Source: Syncephalis fuscata S228 (lineage: Eukaryota > Fungi > Zoopagomycota). Taken from it: 64,000 nucleotides of DNA. Positions within the stretch are counted from its first letter, which is position 1; the number at the start of each line of letters is the position of its first letter. The translations under genes were made by a program, and so were the position numbers. Of the stretch, positions 40,865-57,101 are shown in pieces. The stretch is taken from positions 62,001 through 126,000 of the forward strand of contig JAHLTZ010000012.1 of the NCBI GenBank assembly GCA_025786725.1. The letters are read 5' to 3'. The notes below the pieces were generated by a model. It was given only the letters and a program-made list of their open reading frames with translations. It had not been told where the DNA came from and did not search any database.

Positions 40865-42241
40865 TTATATGTATATTATATGTATATTAGTATTTAATAT
40901 AGATATATATATGTATATAGTATCTTAATTACCAACTGAAGTACGGTCATCACAGAATACTAGACTTGATTTAGATGCATGGGTTATCCGTTGTTGCTTA
41001 TCACCATTAAATGTTGAATGTTTATCAGTCATCGACAGTTTATTAACACCTATTTATGTCACTCATTAACTAGTATTCTACACTTTTAGTAGATTACAAC
41101 TTACCTTTAGTGGCGGTATCAACATCATGGTCACCATCATCACCAAAAGCAATTTGAGACTTGCCACCTGTACTACTTGAATCCACAACTTTAAAAACTG
41201 GTCTATACTTATTCGTTGGTACATCTAAATAACCATATATATAATTAACACAATCAATACACTATAATATACTATACCATCTATCTACCACTTACCGGCA
41301 TGTCCATTGAATTCAAGGGTAGAATGGTTATTGTATCGTCCATTAGAGTCACCCCGAGTAATCCCTGTCACATCACTCGGTGTCTCTCCTTCATTGGTAA
41401 GCATAGACACATGGGTGGCGTGACTTGGATCGAGTACCCGAGAAGTAAGTTCAGTAGCACCAGGATCATGATCATCAGGATCATTACTCAATGTTAATTG
41501 AGATCGACCACCTGTACTGCTATGTGTCTCCAATATACGCACCGATGACACCGATCCCTTTTGATTCAATTCAGAATCAGAGTCAGATTCATCCCCGAAT
41601 TTAAGCTTTGATTTACTCATGGGATGCACAGGACGTGTCGTTACCACTGAACCATCATCATCATCATTATCGGCATTAAAATCAATACTCGATTTACCAC
41701 CCGTACCGCCAGAAGGTGGCATATATTTACGCTGTACCATGGCTGCCTTCTTCCGCTTCTCCTTCTCTTCTTCATCATCGCTATCAATGTCGCCTGATCC
41801 AAAACTGATACTTGATTTACCGCCTGTTCCACCGGAGCGTGAACCATTCACACTAGGCCGCCAAGCACTATGCGCATCTTCTCCGCCCTCATGTTCAGAG
41901 AAACTAATACTTGTGTTGCCTCCTACATTATGTCTAGTCGATCCTCTACTCGAAGGAGGCTGTCCCGCACTAACCGGTCCCTCTACAACCAACCAACCAA
42001 CCACTATAAGTATTGACGGGTATTCAGTAGTGGTCGCCTCTTACCAGTACGACCAAATGAAATACTTGATTTACCACCACCACTGGCATGTGCACCACCT
42101 GCACCACCCGTAGATCTCACATAGGTGTCCGCGTCATCATCACCTCCAAACGATATACTTGAATGGCCTATTAACAACAGTAATAGGTGTTATATGGTCA
42201 TCTAATAACTAGGTGTACCACTACTTACTAGTTCGACTCAT
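40511..42241 (-). CDS. Disordered protein with repeated GG(K/T/R)S(S/Q)I(S/A)FG motifs, SPIRAL1/HN1-Jupiter-like
   Basis: At least 8 copies, e.g. GGTGGKSSISFG, STGGKSQIAFG, and C-terminal RPQQAPGGTSSISF. Confidence 0.65.
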
Positions 42242-42758
42242 TGGTATAAAGTCAACTGGCTGTATTACTGACCACAATAGAAATAGTAGAGAAGTAGAGT
42301 CAATAAGATGAAAGAAGAAAAGAAAAGTGTTAATAAAGAAGACACAACGTGTGTGTGTGTGTGTATTTGTGTGTATTATAAATGAATGGTTCATGGTTAA
42401 TGCCATGCTCTATTAATTAGGCAATGACTTGTTCATTTCCGGTCTGTGCCACGCATAGAATAGGCAAGTCATGAACATCCATCACTTGTAATTGATAGGA
42501 TAGTAGAAGGGTTTAACCACGTGGTAAAATACTCGTATGTATATTAATAGAGATATGGATCATTAAATATAGACAAAGGGTTTCATCCTCGCATGACATG
42601 ATACAGTCATTGTTATAATAGACAAAGAATAGAACATATAACATATAACATATAATATATAATATATAATATATAATAAGGCCAATAGTAACACTATGTA
42701 TCATTTTAATACAATTCAATCAAGTAAAAAGAATGAATCAATAAATCAATGAAATAAA

Positions 42759-43833
42759 TCAGCTTTTAACACGAGGTGATTGAGGAGATGATTGTTGTTG
42801 TAACTCTGATAAAAAGTCACTGCCATTAGCCATAACACCGCCTAATAGATACATTAGTATATTCATACGTTAATATGATACATTATGTATAATTTGTACT
42901 TACGGCGATGTCCCCATGCTCCTTGTTGACCAGCACGACTAGACCATGGTTGTTCATCAGATCGATAAAGCTCTGGTTTCTCTATTAGATATATTAATAT
43001 TAACAAACTATATAATAGAGTTAATATATAATATATAGTATATTTACCTGCCACGGGTAAACTACTATCGTGTAATTTCTCTAATACACTGGACCAAGCT
43101 ACATAACAAATATAGTTTAATATATATATAGTGTAGTATAGTATATTATGGTATATTTACCTTTGTTTAGGTTGGCTGATATCTCTGCACCATTAAAGTT
43201 GTTCATAGAGATATGATGTGATGATCGATTGTCTGACATGTTATGAATTGATGAATTAAATGAAGATGAATGAGAATTAGGTGAAGAAGGTGAATGATGA
43301 TGGTGATTATGGTGGTGGTGGTGGTGATGATGTCCACTATTGTTATGATTGTAACTATTGTTGTTATGGTTATGGTTATTATTGTTACCCCATCCACTTC
43401 CACTAAATCCACGTCCTATTAATGATAGTACATTAATATATGGTTATTATTAATGTTATTATCTAATATTTACCATGACCTGGTTTGTTATTGTTATTGT
43501 TGTTGTTGTTGTTGTTATTGTTGTTATTATTGTTGTTGTTATTGTTGTTATTGCTATAGGACGTTTTACGTTTAAAATCATTACGTCCTTTTTTAAATGC
43601 ACCACTGCCGTTATTGTTATGCATATTGTTGTTATTGTTATTGCCACTATTGCTGTTGTTACTGCTGTTGCTGTTATTGTTGTTATTATTGTATCGACTA
43701 TATAATAAATACATATAATATTAGTCATCTTGTTAATAGATATAGATACTTCACGTATTATTCAACATCTAGTCACATATGTTTACTATTGACCTAATCT
43801 AACTACTTACGGTCTATCGTCTGGACCCGCCAT
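42759..43833 (-). CDS. Small Asn/His/Gly-rich low-complexity protein, about 6 exons
   Basis: ATG GCG GGT CCA... then GT-AG-linked exons; poly-Asn, GRGFSGSGWG, and a more complex C-terminal block (EKPELYRSDEQPW...GVMANGSDFL). Confidence 0.6.
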
Positions 43834-44222
43834 TGTAAAGTAATTTAAAGGAATAGAGATATTCAGTAAAACCAAAGCGTATGAGAACAGTAGTAGTAGT
43901 GATCTACAATAGCTTATAGATTGAAGACTAAACGCTAAAGAAGCACTTTACGTGCAATAATAATCGCTTTGTTAAAAGACTCAAGTAGATAGAAAGAAGC
44001 ACAATCAATAGATACGGATGCGCGTATGATATGTTTGATAAGAATCCGATAGATGAAAGTAAAGATGAGTTGTGTTGTTGTTGTTGTTAGTAGAAATAGA
44101 AATAGAATGGTGGTGATGAGTGGAGTGTGGGTGTGAAACAAGTTTATTTAGTTTATTAATTTAGTATTATAATGACTATTAATATTTTGTATTAATAAAT
44201 GAATAGAAATGTTTTATTTAAT

Positions 44223-45482
44223 TTATACGGTCAATTGATGGACACCTAGAGTTACACTGTTGATATCTGGATTATCTTGAGGTGATCGACGTTTGAATCT
44301 ACCTTGAACAAATATACGGTGCATGGCTATTTCACGGCGTCTATTTACCGTTTCACGCTTCACGTAAGCCAGACTTGTATTAGTATTACTATTGGTATTG
44401 CTATTATCAGTATTATTAGATGGATCTGTGGCGGTCATTATAGTGTCTTCATCTAAGGGATGGTCATCTTCAATGACATCAAACCCGGCTTTGTCAAATA
44501 GTGTGCGTATTTCTTCAACGGAGAAATAATAGGCCATGGTGCCATCTTGTCGTACATACAAGCTTTCTTCAAGTTTGTGTCCTGGTTTAAATCGTAATTG
44601 GGCTTGATCATAAAGACCATAGTCACGGAATATAACGACACCGCCTGGTCTCATAATCTATTAAATCCATTATTAGTATATGTATATTTATATATAAAAT
44701 ATATATATTATTTGGCTTACTGATGCAATGTTGTCGAGTGCCTGTGCCATCTTCTCTGGTGGAATAGCCGATAGTACAAATATCATAGAGACAACATCAA
44801 TACCGGGCAGTGTTTCCATATCACGGGAATAAGTTCATTAAGAGGATCTTGTGTTAGATCACAGACAAAGGCATAACAACGATCAGTATCATATTCTGGA
44901 CTACTCTAAAGTATATATATATATATATATATAATAATAGATAGATAGATAGAGATATAAGATTTATAGTGGGAGATATCATTTATTTAGTTTACCTTGA
45001 CGAAATCAATAGCTCGCTTAGAAAAGTCACAGGCAAAAAAGCGATGTGTGGGATGTGCTTGCATCGTTGGAAATACAAAATTGCCTACACCACAGCCTAC
45101 TTCTAATACAAGCTACAATAGATAAAGTTAGATAGATTAGATGTTGCTATTTACTAGTCATCAGTATTGCTCTTACTTTTCTACGAGGATGTCCTTGGTC
45201 ATCGATACTTGGTGTACTTAACTCGTAGAATTCTCTATCAATCCAGTGTCTATCTTTAAAGAAATTGGTCGTATTTCTTTTATAGAACAAGTCCCTATAT
45301 ATTATAGATATCTATTAGATATAAATATATAGATGTATAGATAGATATAGATATATAGATATATAGATATATTACCAGTTACGAGCTGCTTCATTCTTGT
45401 ACTTCTTGGTCCAAAATTCCGATACTACCTGTGTATCTTGTGACAAGATATCTTTGGCACGTTCAACTAATGCTTCATCCAT
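44223..45482 (-). CDS. tRNA m3C methyltransferase, METTL6/Trm140-family
   Basis: AARNWDLFYKRNTTNFFKDRHWIDREF, LEVGCGVGNFVFP, ACDFSKRAI, MIFVLSAIPP, FRDYGLYDQAQLRF, YVRQDGT. Confidence 0.93.
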
Positions 45483-45800
45483 TCTGTAGAATGACTGTAC
45501 TGTATCTAGTTAACTACTATTACTGCAGAATGAATACTAACAATAGCAGTGTTACTGGCTAGTTAGTAACAAGAATAAAAAAGAAAAGTAAATATGATGA
45601 AGTTTTGTAATAGTATGTCAATTATTGTAATAATGTATCAATCATATCAATATTAATAACTAGGTGTGAATTGGGTGTGTGTGGAAACTGTGAATGGCTA
45701 GGCAGGACTGTATGCGTGTAGCGGTCCCTCCTCTTTCTATCCTTCCTCCCTGTTGCTTTAACAACGCCAGTGAGGCCAAGATACACGCTTGACAGCCAAC

Positions 45801-47140
45801 ATGGGTCGTGTACGTAATGATAACATGATTAGCGGTACTAGTAATATAGATAGATAGATGGATGCATGGATGGATGGATGCATATATATATATACACATT
45901 ACATAGATGAATGCATATAGATGTTGTAGTAGTACTATTGCTATTACTAGGATGGATGGATGGCACGCGATGCCAGTTTATTGAGAATAGCTGTATTGAA
46001 TAGAGAATAGGATGGATGGATGGATGGATAGATAGAGCATATACATACATATACGATCATCTACGATGTCCATGGTAGCTATATACTGCATCCATCCAGT
46101 CGCGTCTCTATTGAACGGTACTATGAATATTATTTAGAATAGTGGCTATAATGAAGTATATTGATTTATTGATACTAATAACAGACGGGAATAATTGCAA
46201 CACCTTTAGCATTATGAATAGACTAGGAATCGCTACGCATTCCTAGTATTTAGTGGTAAATACAGCATAGCATATAATAGAAATAGGACTATTTAATAGC
46301 ATATATACAGCTATAACAATAATACAATTAGATAAATGCCTATTAAGAGATAGGGGCATAGAGACTATGGTATTCATTTATCTATCTATCTATCTATATG
46401 CTATAACATATGATGCAATACAATAGTAAAGACTGTAAACTAACTAGTGGCTATTATGTTATTATTTCTATATTGTATTTAATAGCTGCACGAATATCAG
46501 GTGATCGGTCGCCATCTTCCGACCGAATCGGAGCCAAGCCCAAAGTTGTACCGCATGCGTCTCTTTGCACCCAATGATGTGATTGCCAAGAGCCGTTTCT
46601 GGTACTTCTTGAAGCGCTTCAACAAGGTTAAGCGCGCAACCGGTGAGATCATTGCCGTCAACGAGATCTTCGAAAAGGCCCCAGGTCAGGTCAAGAACTA
46701 CGGCATCTGGCTTCGTTACGACTCGCGCTCCGGTACCCACAACATGTACAAGGAATACCGCGACTTGAACCGTTGCAACGCCGTCGAATCCTGCTGTAAG
46801 TAAACCAGTAATAACACTAGTAGTTATAGTATACTATGGAACAAAACAATACATTGTTGCTATTATTACTATTATTATAGGCTATTTCTATTGTTACATG
46901 TACACTAATACCATTATTTGTATTTTAGACCAGGATATGGCTGCTCGTCACCGCACGCGCTTCCGCTCCATCCAGATCATCCGTGTTGCTGAGGTTGCCA
47001 CCAAGGACGTTCGTCGCCCTTACATCAAGCAGGTCGTTCAGCCAAAACTCAAGTTCCCGCTACCTCACCGTGTCCACCGTGCTTCCCACAAGCGCAACAC
47101 CACCATTTTCCTTGCCAAGCGCCCATCCACCGCCAACTAA
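45801..47140 (+). CDS. RPL20: 60S ribosomal protein eL20 (L18a), 3 exons
   Basis: Exon 1 ATG GGT CGT|GTACGT; [52 protein letters not shown]. Confidence 0.97.
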
Positions 47141-47366
47141 ATGGATATCAAACACTGCCAGCACAGGCAATCGCGGTTATTTAACGGTTGTCGCGATTAC
47201 CGCGATAATGGCAATGGCGACATGGAATAAATTGGCTATGCTTGCATTGAAAGAAACTAAATGACAATTTACTATAGTTTATTACATTTACAATTACAAT
47301 TACGTATTTTATCGTATCGTATGTATACATTTTGTGTGTGTGTGTGTTTTAAAAGATAAATTATGT

Positions 47367-47749
47367 TTATTTGCTATTACTAGTTGTAGTAGTTGTATCA
47401 TTATTCGTTGGATACACATGTACTTCCCAGGCTGGTCGATCTGATTCGGCGTTTTGTCGTATTTGATCAGCATTAATTGCGTACGGTGTCGCTGTTCATC
47501 CTTTTGTTTTGCTAATCGTTCACGTACTTCTTCAGGCAGTGACTAATAGCATAAGTAGTACATATAATCAATAGAACAGAGTCATTAGATGAGTATTAAT
47601 AATAATAATAATAATAGTATTCTCAGTATAATACTTACCGCCATGAATTGCTCTTGATTAGGCACGGTGAACTTGTAGAACCCATAGCCTACGAGTATAA
47701 TACCGCCCGAGGCAGCTAAGCCTTTCAGAAACTGAGATCGCGCAGACAT
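47367..47749 (-). CDS. CBP4: Cytochrome b assembly factor Cbp4-like (one apparent frameshift)
   Basis: GGIILVGYGFYKFTVPNQEQFMASLPEEVR ... QIRQNAESDRPAW fits the Cbp4 pattern (TM-TxP-x3-L-P-R...S-x2-P-x-W). Confidence 0.7.
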
Positions 47750-48005
47750 GCCAAATAAAATAGTAAAGGAATGAAAGAAGAATAAAATAGTTAGTAAAAT
47801 AACTGGATTAATTAAAAGTATTTATTCGCCTTAGCGCGTTCTAGTCATTCATTGACGTCACACTGCCATAATAATAAAGTGGATCCATACGTTGTAGCTT
47901 GTTTCTTTCTCACTTTCCTTCGCTACACGGCTTTACGCCTTTCTTTTGTTTTTGCTACTACTCTACTGCACTACTGCACTATTGCACTTTGATTTGTTTA
48001 CGGCC

Positions 48006-48845
48006 ATGACAGCCAATCACCATAATACGCCATTTGTACCGCACGATGACCCACCCGCACCGGTTATCTATCAACATACCGACTTTATTGGTGCATTGGC
48101 TAATCATGTAGCCGGTATAGCTAATGACGCAATTAAACGCCACGACCGATTTACTATCGCTATTTCGGGTGGTTCGCTGCCCTCGCAACTACGTGGTCTA
48201 CTCGAGCCGACCATCCGTGACCAGATGGATTGGTCGCGTTGGCATGTATTTCTGGCCGATGAACGTTTAGTACCGCTAGATCACGAAGATTCAAACTACC
48301 GCCTAATTAAAGAGCACTTACTCGACCATGTGCCCATTCCCGCCAGCCAAGTCTATCCGGTGAATGCCGATCTACTCTCTAATCCGGAGGAGGCAGCCGA
48401 TGACTATATGGATACGTTGAAGCGTGTATTTGCGCATAAGGATTCGGTCAAGGTGCCGGTATTCGATCTTATCTTACTTGGTATGGGGCCGGATGGCCAT
48501 ACCTGTTCGCTATTCCCTGAACATGCACTATTAAAGGAGCATGTTGCTTGGGTAGCTTCGCTGACGGATTCGCCAAAGATGCCACCTCAGCGTATTACAC
48601 TAACGATGCCCGTATTGAATCATGCTCATAATGCAACATTTGTATGTGCAGGTCGTTCTAAGGATGACGCGCTACGTCGTATTTTGGTAAAGCCAGAACC
48701 GGGTACGGATATGGCACATCATCCATTACCTGCGGCACGTGTTCGACCATTGCATGGCAACCTAGTGTGGCTGTTAGATAACGATGCGGCTGAAGCCTTG
48801 GCAACCATCGATCCAGTAGTGCCTGTGCGCCAGTACAAGCTTTAA
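48006..48845 (+). CDS. 6-phosphogluconolactonase (Sol family)
   Basis: IAISGGSLP, FLADERLVPLDHEDSNY, FDLILLGMGPDGHTCSLFP, DSPKMPPQRITLT. Confidence 0.96.
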   Translation: MTANHHNTPFVPHDDPPAPVIYQHTDFIGALANHVAGIANDAIKRHDRFTIAISGGSLPSQLRGLLEPTIRDQMDWSRWHVFLADERLVPLDHEDSNYRLIKEHLLDHVPIPASQVYPVNADLLSNPEEAADDYMDTLKRVFAHKDSVKVPVFDLILLGMGPDGHTCSLFPEHALLKEHVAWVASLTDSPKMPPQRITLTMPVLNHAHNATFVCAGRSKDDALRRILVKPEPGTDMAHHPLPAARVRPLHGNLVWLLDNDAAEALATIDPVVPVRQYKL

Positions 48846-48950
48846 ATACCATTTATTATGCTAGAATAAACATTTAAATGATGTTATTGATCAAATAATG
48901 GACTGTGTATGTTGTGTATTTATTAGATGAATGAGTGTAGTCTACAATAT

Positions 48951-50499
48951 CTAAGCGCTAGGAAGAGAAGAATCTGGTATCACTGTGCCTATTGCATAGC
49001 ATCGATCAGCCAATTGACAAAATGCTTCAACGGATAAATCTTGTGGTCGCAATTCAGCGACATTTTCACCAACTAGATCAAGTAAGAGTTCATCAGCCAA
49101 TGCACTGTCATCTTTAATAGCCCGTCTATATAACACGATTAGATGATAACAGTATTTGTGTTATTAATATGGTTGTTGTATGGTTACTGACTTACCGCAT
49201 AATATGTCGCATTGTTTTACGCCTTTTAGTAAATATATAACGAACTAAATCTTCTAGATATTCATAAGGTGCTATTGCCATCATGTATTAGTGTTAATGA
49301 TGACTATAGTAATTATTATTATTATTATTATTACCATGAATCAATAAATTATTTGATGGAGTCAGCTGAACAACACATGCATCGACCTAATTATTAATAT
49401 TGGTATTAATATACTATATAATAGCAATTCATTAAATATAATCATTATTACCTTTGGTCTAGGTACAAATACGCTGGATGGCACCACGTAAGTCAAACGG
49501 GCTTGACTTGCTGTTTGAGCCATAATCGATAATCGGCCACGGTTACGAGTGCCTGGATTGGCTACGATCCTCTAGTATATTCAATAAATATATTTACTAC
49601 TATAATTAATTGTTACCACTGCGTTTGCACTTACCTGAGCAACCTCTTTCTGAAACATAAGTGTCATACTCCAATCTGTAGCGATCTTTGATTGCTGTCT
49701 AATAGATCATCGCCATTATTATTAGATGCATGGACACCAAATAGGCCAGTTCTATTATAAGATGCTCGTAGCCACGACACTAATAATGGGCTAGCAATAT
49801 TAAAGGGTAGATTACCCAGTAGATGAACACTACGACAAGCAGCTTATACACATATATACTATATGTTAATTCGTTTCATTCAATTGATATTGATGATCTA
49901 TATTAATAATAATTACCTTGATCAGCTTGATTCGGGTAAGCCAGTTTTAGAATATCAGTGTGTGAAGTATTTAATGCATCACCAGAAAGTATTTGTAATC
50001 GACCAGGTGAACAAGCATCGGCTAATTGCTAATTAATAGTACATCTTGTTAATATTGCAATCATTAATATTGATATACTAATGTAATTACTCTTAGTGAA
50101 GGCAGAAAGCGGGTATCTTTTTCAATAACTACCAGTCGTTCAGCACCTGCATCCAAAATGGACCGTGTCAATAGACCAGGACCTAGTTATAAGCATTGTA
50201 TTAAATAAAGAACAACAGTACTCTTAATAATAGTTATACCTGGCCCAACTTCAACCACTAATGCATCTTTAAAGTTTAATTCAGCACTACTTAGTATTTT
50301 ATCTATTCATTTATTAAGTATTTTTATTTTATTTTTATTTTATTTTATCTATTCAGTTACGGCTGCACTTACCGGTAACATTTTTATCCAATATGAAATT
50401 TTGACTTAGTTCAGACTTGGCTCTTAGTCCGTAGATACGCACAAGATCGCGTACAGCCGGTAAAGGTGGGAGAGAGCGTACCACTCTAGCAGATGTCAT
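48951..50499 (-). CDS. Mitochondrial rRNA adenine dimethyltransferase (TFB1M/KsgA-like), multi-exon
   Basis: LPPLPAVRDLVRIYGLRAKSELSQNFILD, VEVGPGPGLLTRSIL, VIEKDTRF, LGNLPFNIASP, LMFQKEVA, FVPRPKVDA. Confidence 0.92.
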
Positions 50500-50651
50500 A
50501 GCGAAAAGCCACGCAATATCAATGGCGGTATCAGTATCAGTACTAATAGCGTTATCGATAAAGTGAATCAATAAAAAAAAGAAATCTACTTTTCCTTTCT
50601 GGTGTAATTCTCTTTTCCATATTTTATTAACTTGGAACGGTGACTTTGACC

Positions 50652-53844
<3,193 letters not shown>

Positions 53845-54148
53845 TCAATTGTTATTATGAATTGTTAGCATATTATTGCTTAATAAAAAAACACTGCTAT
53901 AGTTGTAGCAACTATATGGCCTACTATGCTATCATGTCTATTACAAATATTTGCTATATATCATTGGTAGAATGTAGCTATTTGTTGTTCACACACCCAC
54001 TTCCCCCTGATCATATTTTTAATTATTAAATAAAAATGTGATTTACACACCACATCTGGATTTCAGTATGCATATATCCTCTATATTTTTGCAAAAAAAG
54101 ATTACATATACACTTCTAGTTCAACATGCAATAGAAGCAAAAAGCAAT

Positions 54149-54222
54149 CGCTCCCGGGTGGGCTCGAACCACCAACCTCCTGATTAACAGTCAGACGCGC
54201 TAGCCGATTGCGCCACGGAAGC
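54149..54222 (-). tRNA. tRNA-Asn (GTT), intronless
   Basis: GCTTCCG acceptor stem, TGGCGCAATCGG A-box, TCTGA-CTGTTAA-TCAGG anticodon arm, GGTTCGAGCC T-arm, downstream T5 terminator. Confidence 0.96.
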
Positions 54223-54499
54223 TTGAAAATTTAGCAAATAAATACTATATATAGCTAATTTTATTTTTTAAATTGCTAAATTTATACATTTAATGGGTAT
54301 GTTATTTATTTCTATATCCTACTTTGCAGTAAACTAATGGCATATTTGATAAGTACATTTGCTTTCATGCGGTTACTTGCTATTCTTTATTATTTACTGC
54401 TCCTATTGCACTAATTACTTTATTGTTTATTTATTTTATATATTGGTATTTAGTTTTATACGACATTTATATTTATTGTACTCACTATTTCACGGCTAA

Positions 54500-55000
54500 T
54501 ATGCTTTATAATGTACTGCCACTTTGGCTTGCTTGACTTTTAGTATTCATAATCTGTTTGTTACTTTGCCATTACTATCTGTGTTCCACGTATTTATAAA
54601 TATACTCTATCAATTGCACACCCAATAATCTACACCATTGTACTTTTTCTTTTCTTTACACTTGATGGTATTACAGCATCAGGCTGCACAGATGTACTAA
54701 CACTGCACACTTGTTCAGCACCCATACTGGTAATGCTTATAACATCGCTGTTATTACGTATTTACAGTTGCCAGCACGATTATTATGGCAACTATGTAAT
54801 GATATTTCTGCATCAATGGTCTTCCATACTTTATTTTACCACTTGAACAAATCCCTTACCTGTATTTCAATTTACTCAGAGTTTTATATGTACAATGACA
54901 TCCAATTTATAAATTGTATTAGTATATTGTGTATGTCATTTCATTTATTAATTAAATAAAAATAATATTATATATACTCTATTCATCTATATCATTCCCA
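54500..55000 (-). mobile_element. Possible highly decayed non-LTR (LINE-like) reverse transcriptase fragment
   Basis: Broken motifs in RT order and spacing: corrupted (F)ADDIVLA at about 54790-54768, WVLNKCAVL at about 54724-54698, LLGVQL at about 54628-54611. Boundaries approximate. Confidence 0.35.
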
Positions 55001-56009
55001 TTCTGTCACACACTACTATATATCATGTTAGGACATATTAAATACATTTTATTGTATAGATGTTTCAATACACTTCACTCATTCCACTCATTACATTATA
55101 TCCACTATAATTTCAACATCGTTTTTATATTTTCTTATGTAAATATATTATTTTATGTATCATTCTATACTCGCCTATTCTTCATTTACCAAAACTATTT
55201 TTATTTTTGTTCTAGCACCATTATTAATAAATCTCACTAATGTCAGTCATCTGTCATGCATATATGCTCAATAGCTTTAACATTGCTAATCTCGTTTAAT
55301 ATTGCGTACTTAGTATAATGTTTATCATTTTATTATATATTGGTCATACGCTGTCTATAGCCGTTGTCGGTATGGTTCCAACTCTTTTATTAATAAAATT
55401 GACATATCGCAGTTTGTTCACTGAGTTATATTGATAGAACAAATAGTATGAATATGAATTAAGTTGTTTTATTAAGATTATTTATAAATAAACTAGATTA
55501 TGCCAATTAGTTATGCTTTTAATGTTAATCAAGCATAGTAATGATATAGGTAAATGATGGATATATGCATACTGGATAATAAATCTACAATGATGAGTAT
55601 TTGATGATGATGTCACTCACCACCCATCATCATGTTCAACAGGTTGGATGTTATTAAAAATAATTATTTAACCACCAAATCACAATAAATGTAATAATGT
55701 GACGATTAAATAAAACTCACCACTTGCTCCATGTTCAATAGATTGAATATGTAGCTCAATTACGCAGATGTTATTAGAAATAGCCATTTGACCTCTACAT
55801 TAAATTAAATTAATAACAAGTTGCTTAATGTTAATGTACTAACAATATTGCATTTGTTCACTGTATATGTATTTATTGCGCAATTATAACCTATTCATAA
55901 AGTTTTATTGCCAAAACTATGATATCTACATACAAGTGGCCATAAATGATTTATCCAATGGTACTTATAGCATAACAAACAAACTATACAATGTAGTAGA
56001 AAACTTGTA

Positions 56010-57101
56010 TTAATTTTTTGGCGAAGATGGTTGGTATATAGGAGGTTGATTACTCTCTGAGCTTTTTATAAAGTAATGTCCTAATGGAGGATGTCGATCA
56101 TAGAGCGGCAGTGGCTCATACTTACCGGTAAGAGAGAATGATTCTGGATGATACAAAACAGTTTCTAAAACTTCTTTAATTTCCTTTATTCTAGCTTCGA
56201 GCCGAGCTTTTAAGCCATCTGGCATTATAATGTCGCCGATATCATCAATCTTAGCAGTGACTTGTTCTGCATTGCTATAGCCTGCAATAACAAGTCCTAT
56301 ATTGTCGCCACCACAAATATCTAACAAGACTATTGTTACGACGCGTATGCAATAGACTAAAATAAAACTTACCGTCTAAGCTGGGATTGACGAACCATCC
56401 AGTAGCAATCAGATATTCCAGGCCTAATTAGCAAACAGTCAGACTAGTTTCCTGTAATAGCCCATATACATACCATCTAAAATCATGTTGGGTAGATTTA
56501 TGATGTATTGATCTCTATCATTTTGATGATAGTGGGCGACTGTGTCGAGATGTTGTCTAAGTGTTACAGTGCATTGGTTTCGAGCAACATAGCAAACTCC
56601 ATCGGCCAAGGCAAATTGGCGCACAGGATACAAGGTATGATATCTTTTTTCAGGAAAAAGTAACCTATTGATACGAAAGCTTTTAATGCTCTGTTTCAAA
56701 GTAATAGCTTAGGCATGGTAAAATTAAGTTTTACTGCTAATTTACCTTGTAAACTTGAATGGTTTTATCCTCACTATCTTTGTTGCCGTTGCCACATGTT
56801 ATTATGGCCGGATCAGAGCGGTATTTTCCATATGCACGAAATACACCGCCAGAAAAGCTAAATTCTTTATCAAGAATAATATCTTTTTGATCCAAGACTG
56901 GCTGTCCTGGAGAGAGTTTAGGTAGATCTATTAACTTGTAGTCTATATGAATCCATTAATCAATCGTCATGTTGGAAGCACAGCATCTGTCTACCCACTA
57001 GATCCCCGTAAAAAAGATGGTGTAGCCAAGCCACAGTTAGAAAGCGTTAATTCTAGAGTGCAAGCGGCAATAATAGCAAGATACTTGAATTGAAATAGCA
57101 T
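56010..57101 (-). CDS. Secreted kinase-like (pseudokinase-like) orphan protein, about 5 exons
   Basis: Signal peptide MLFQFKYLAIIAACTLELTLSNCGLA; AYGKY..PAIITC, CYV...C..TL, and spliced NMILDGLEYLIATGW resemble kinase N-lobe/alphaE; no HRD or DFG. Confidence 0.6.
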
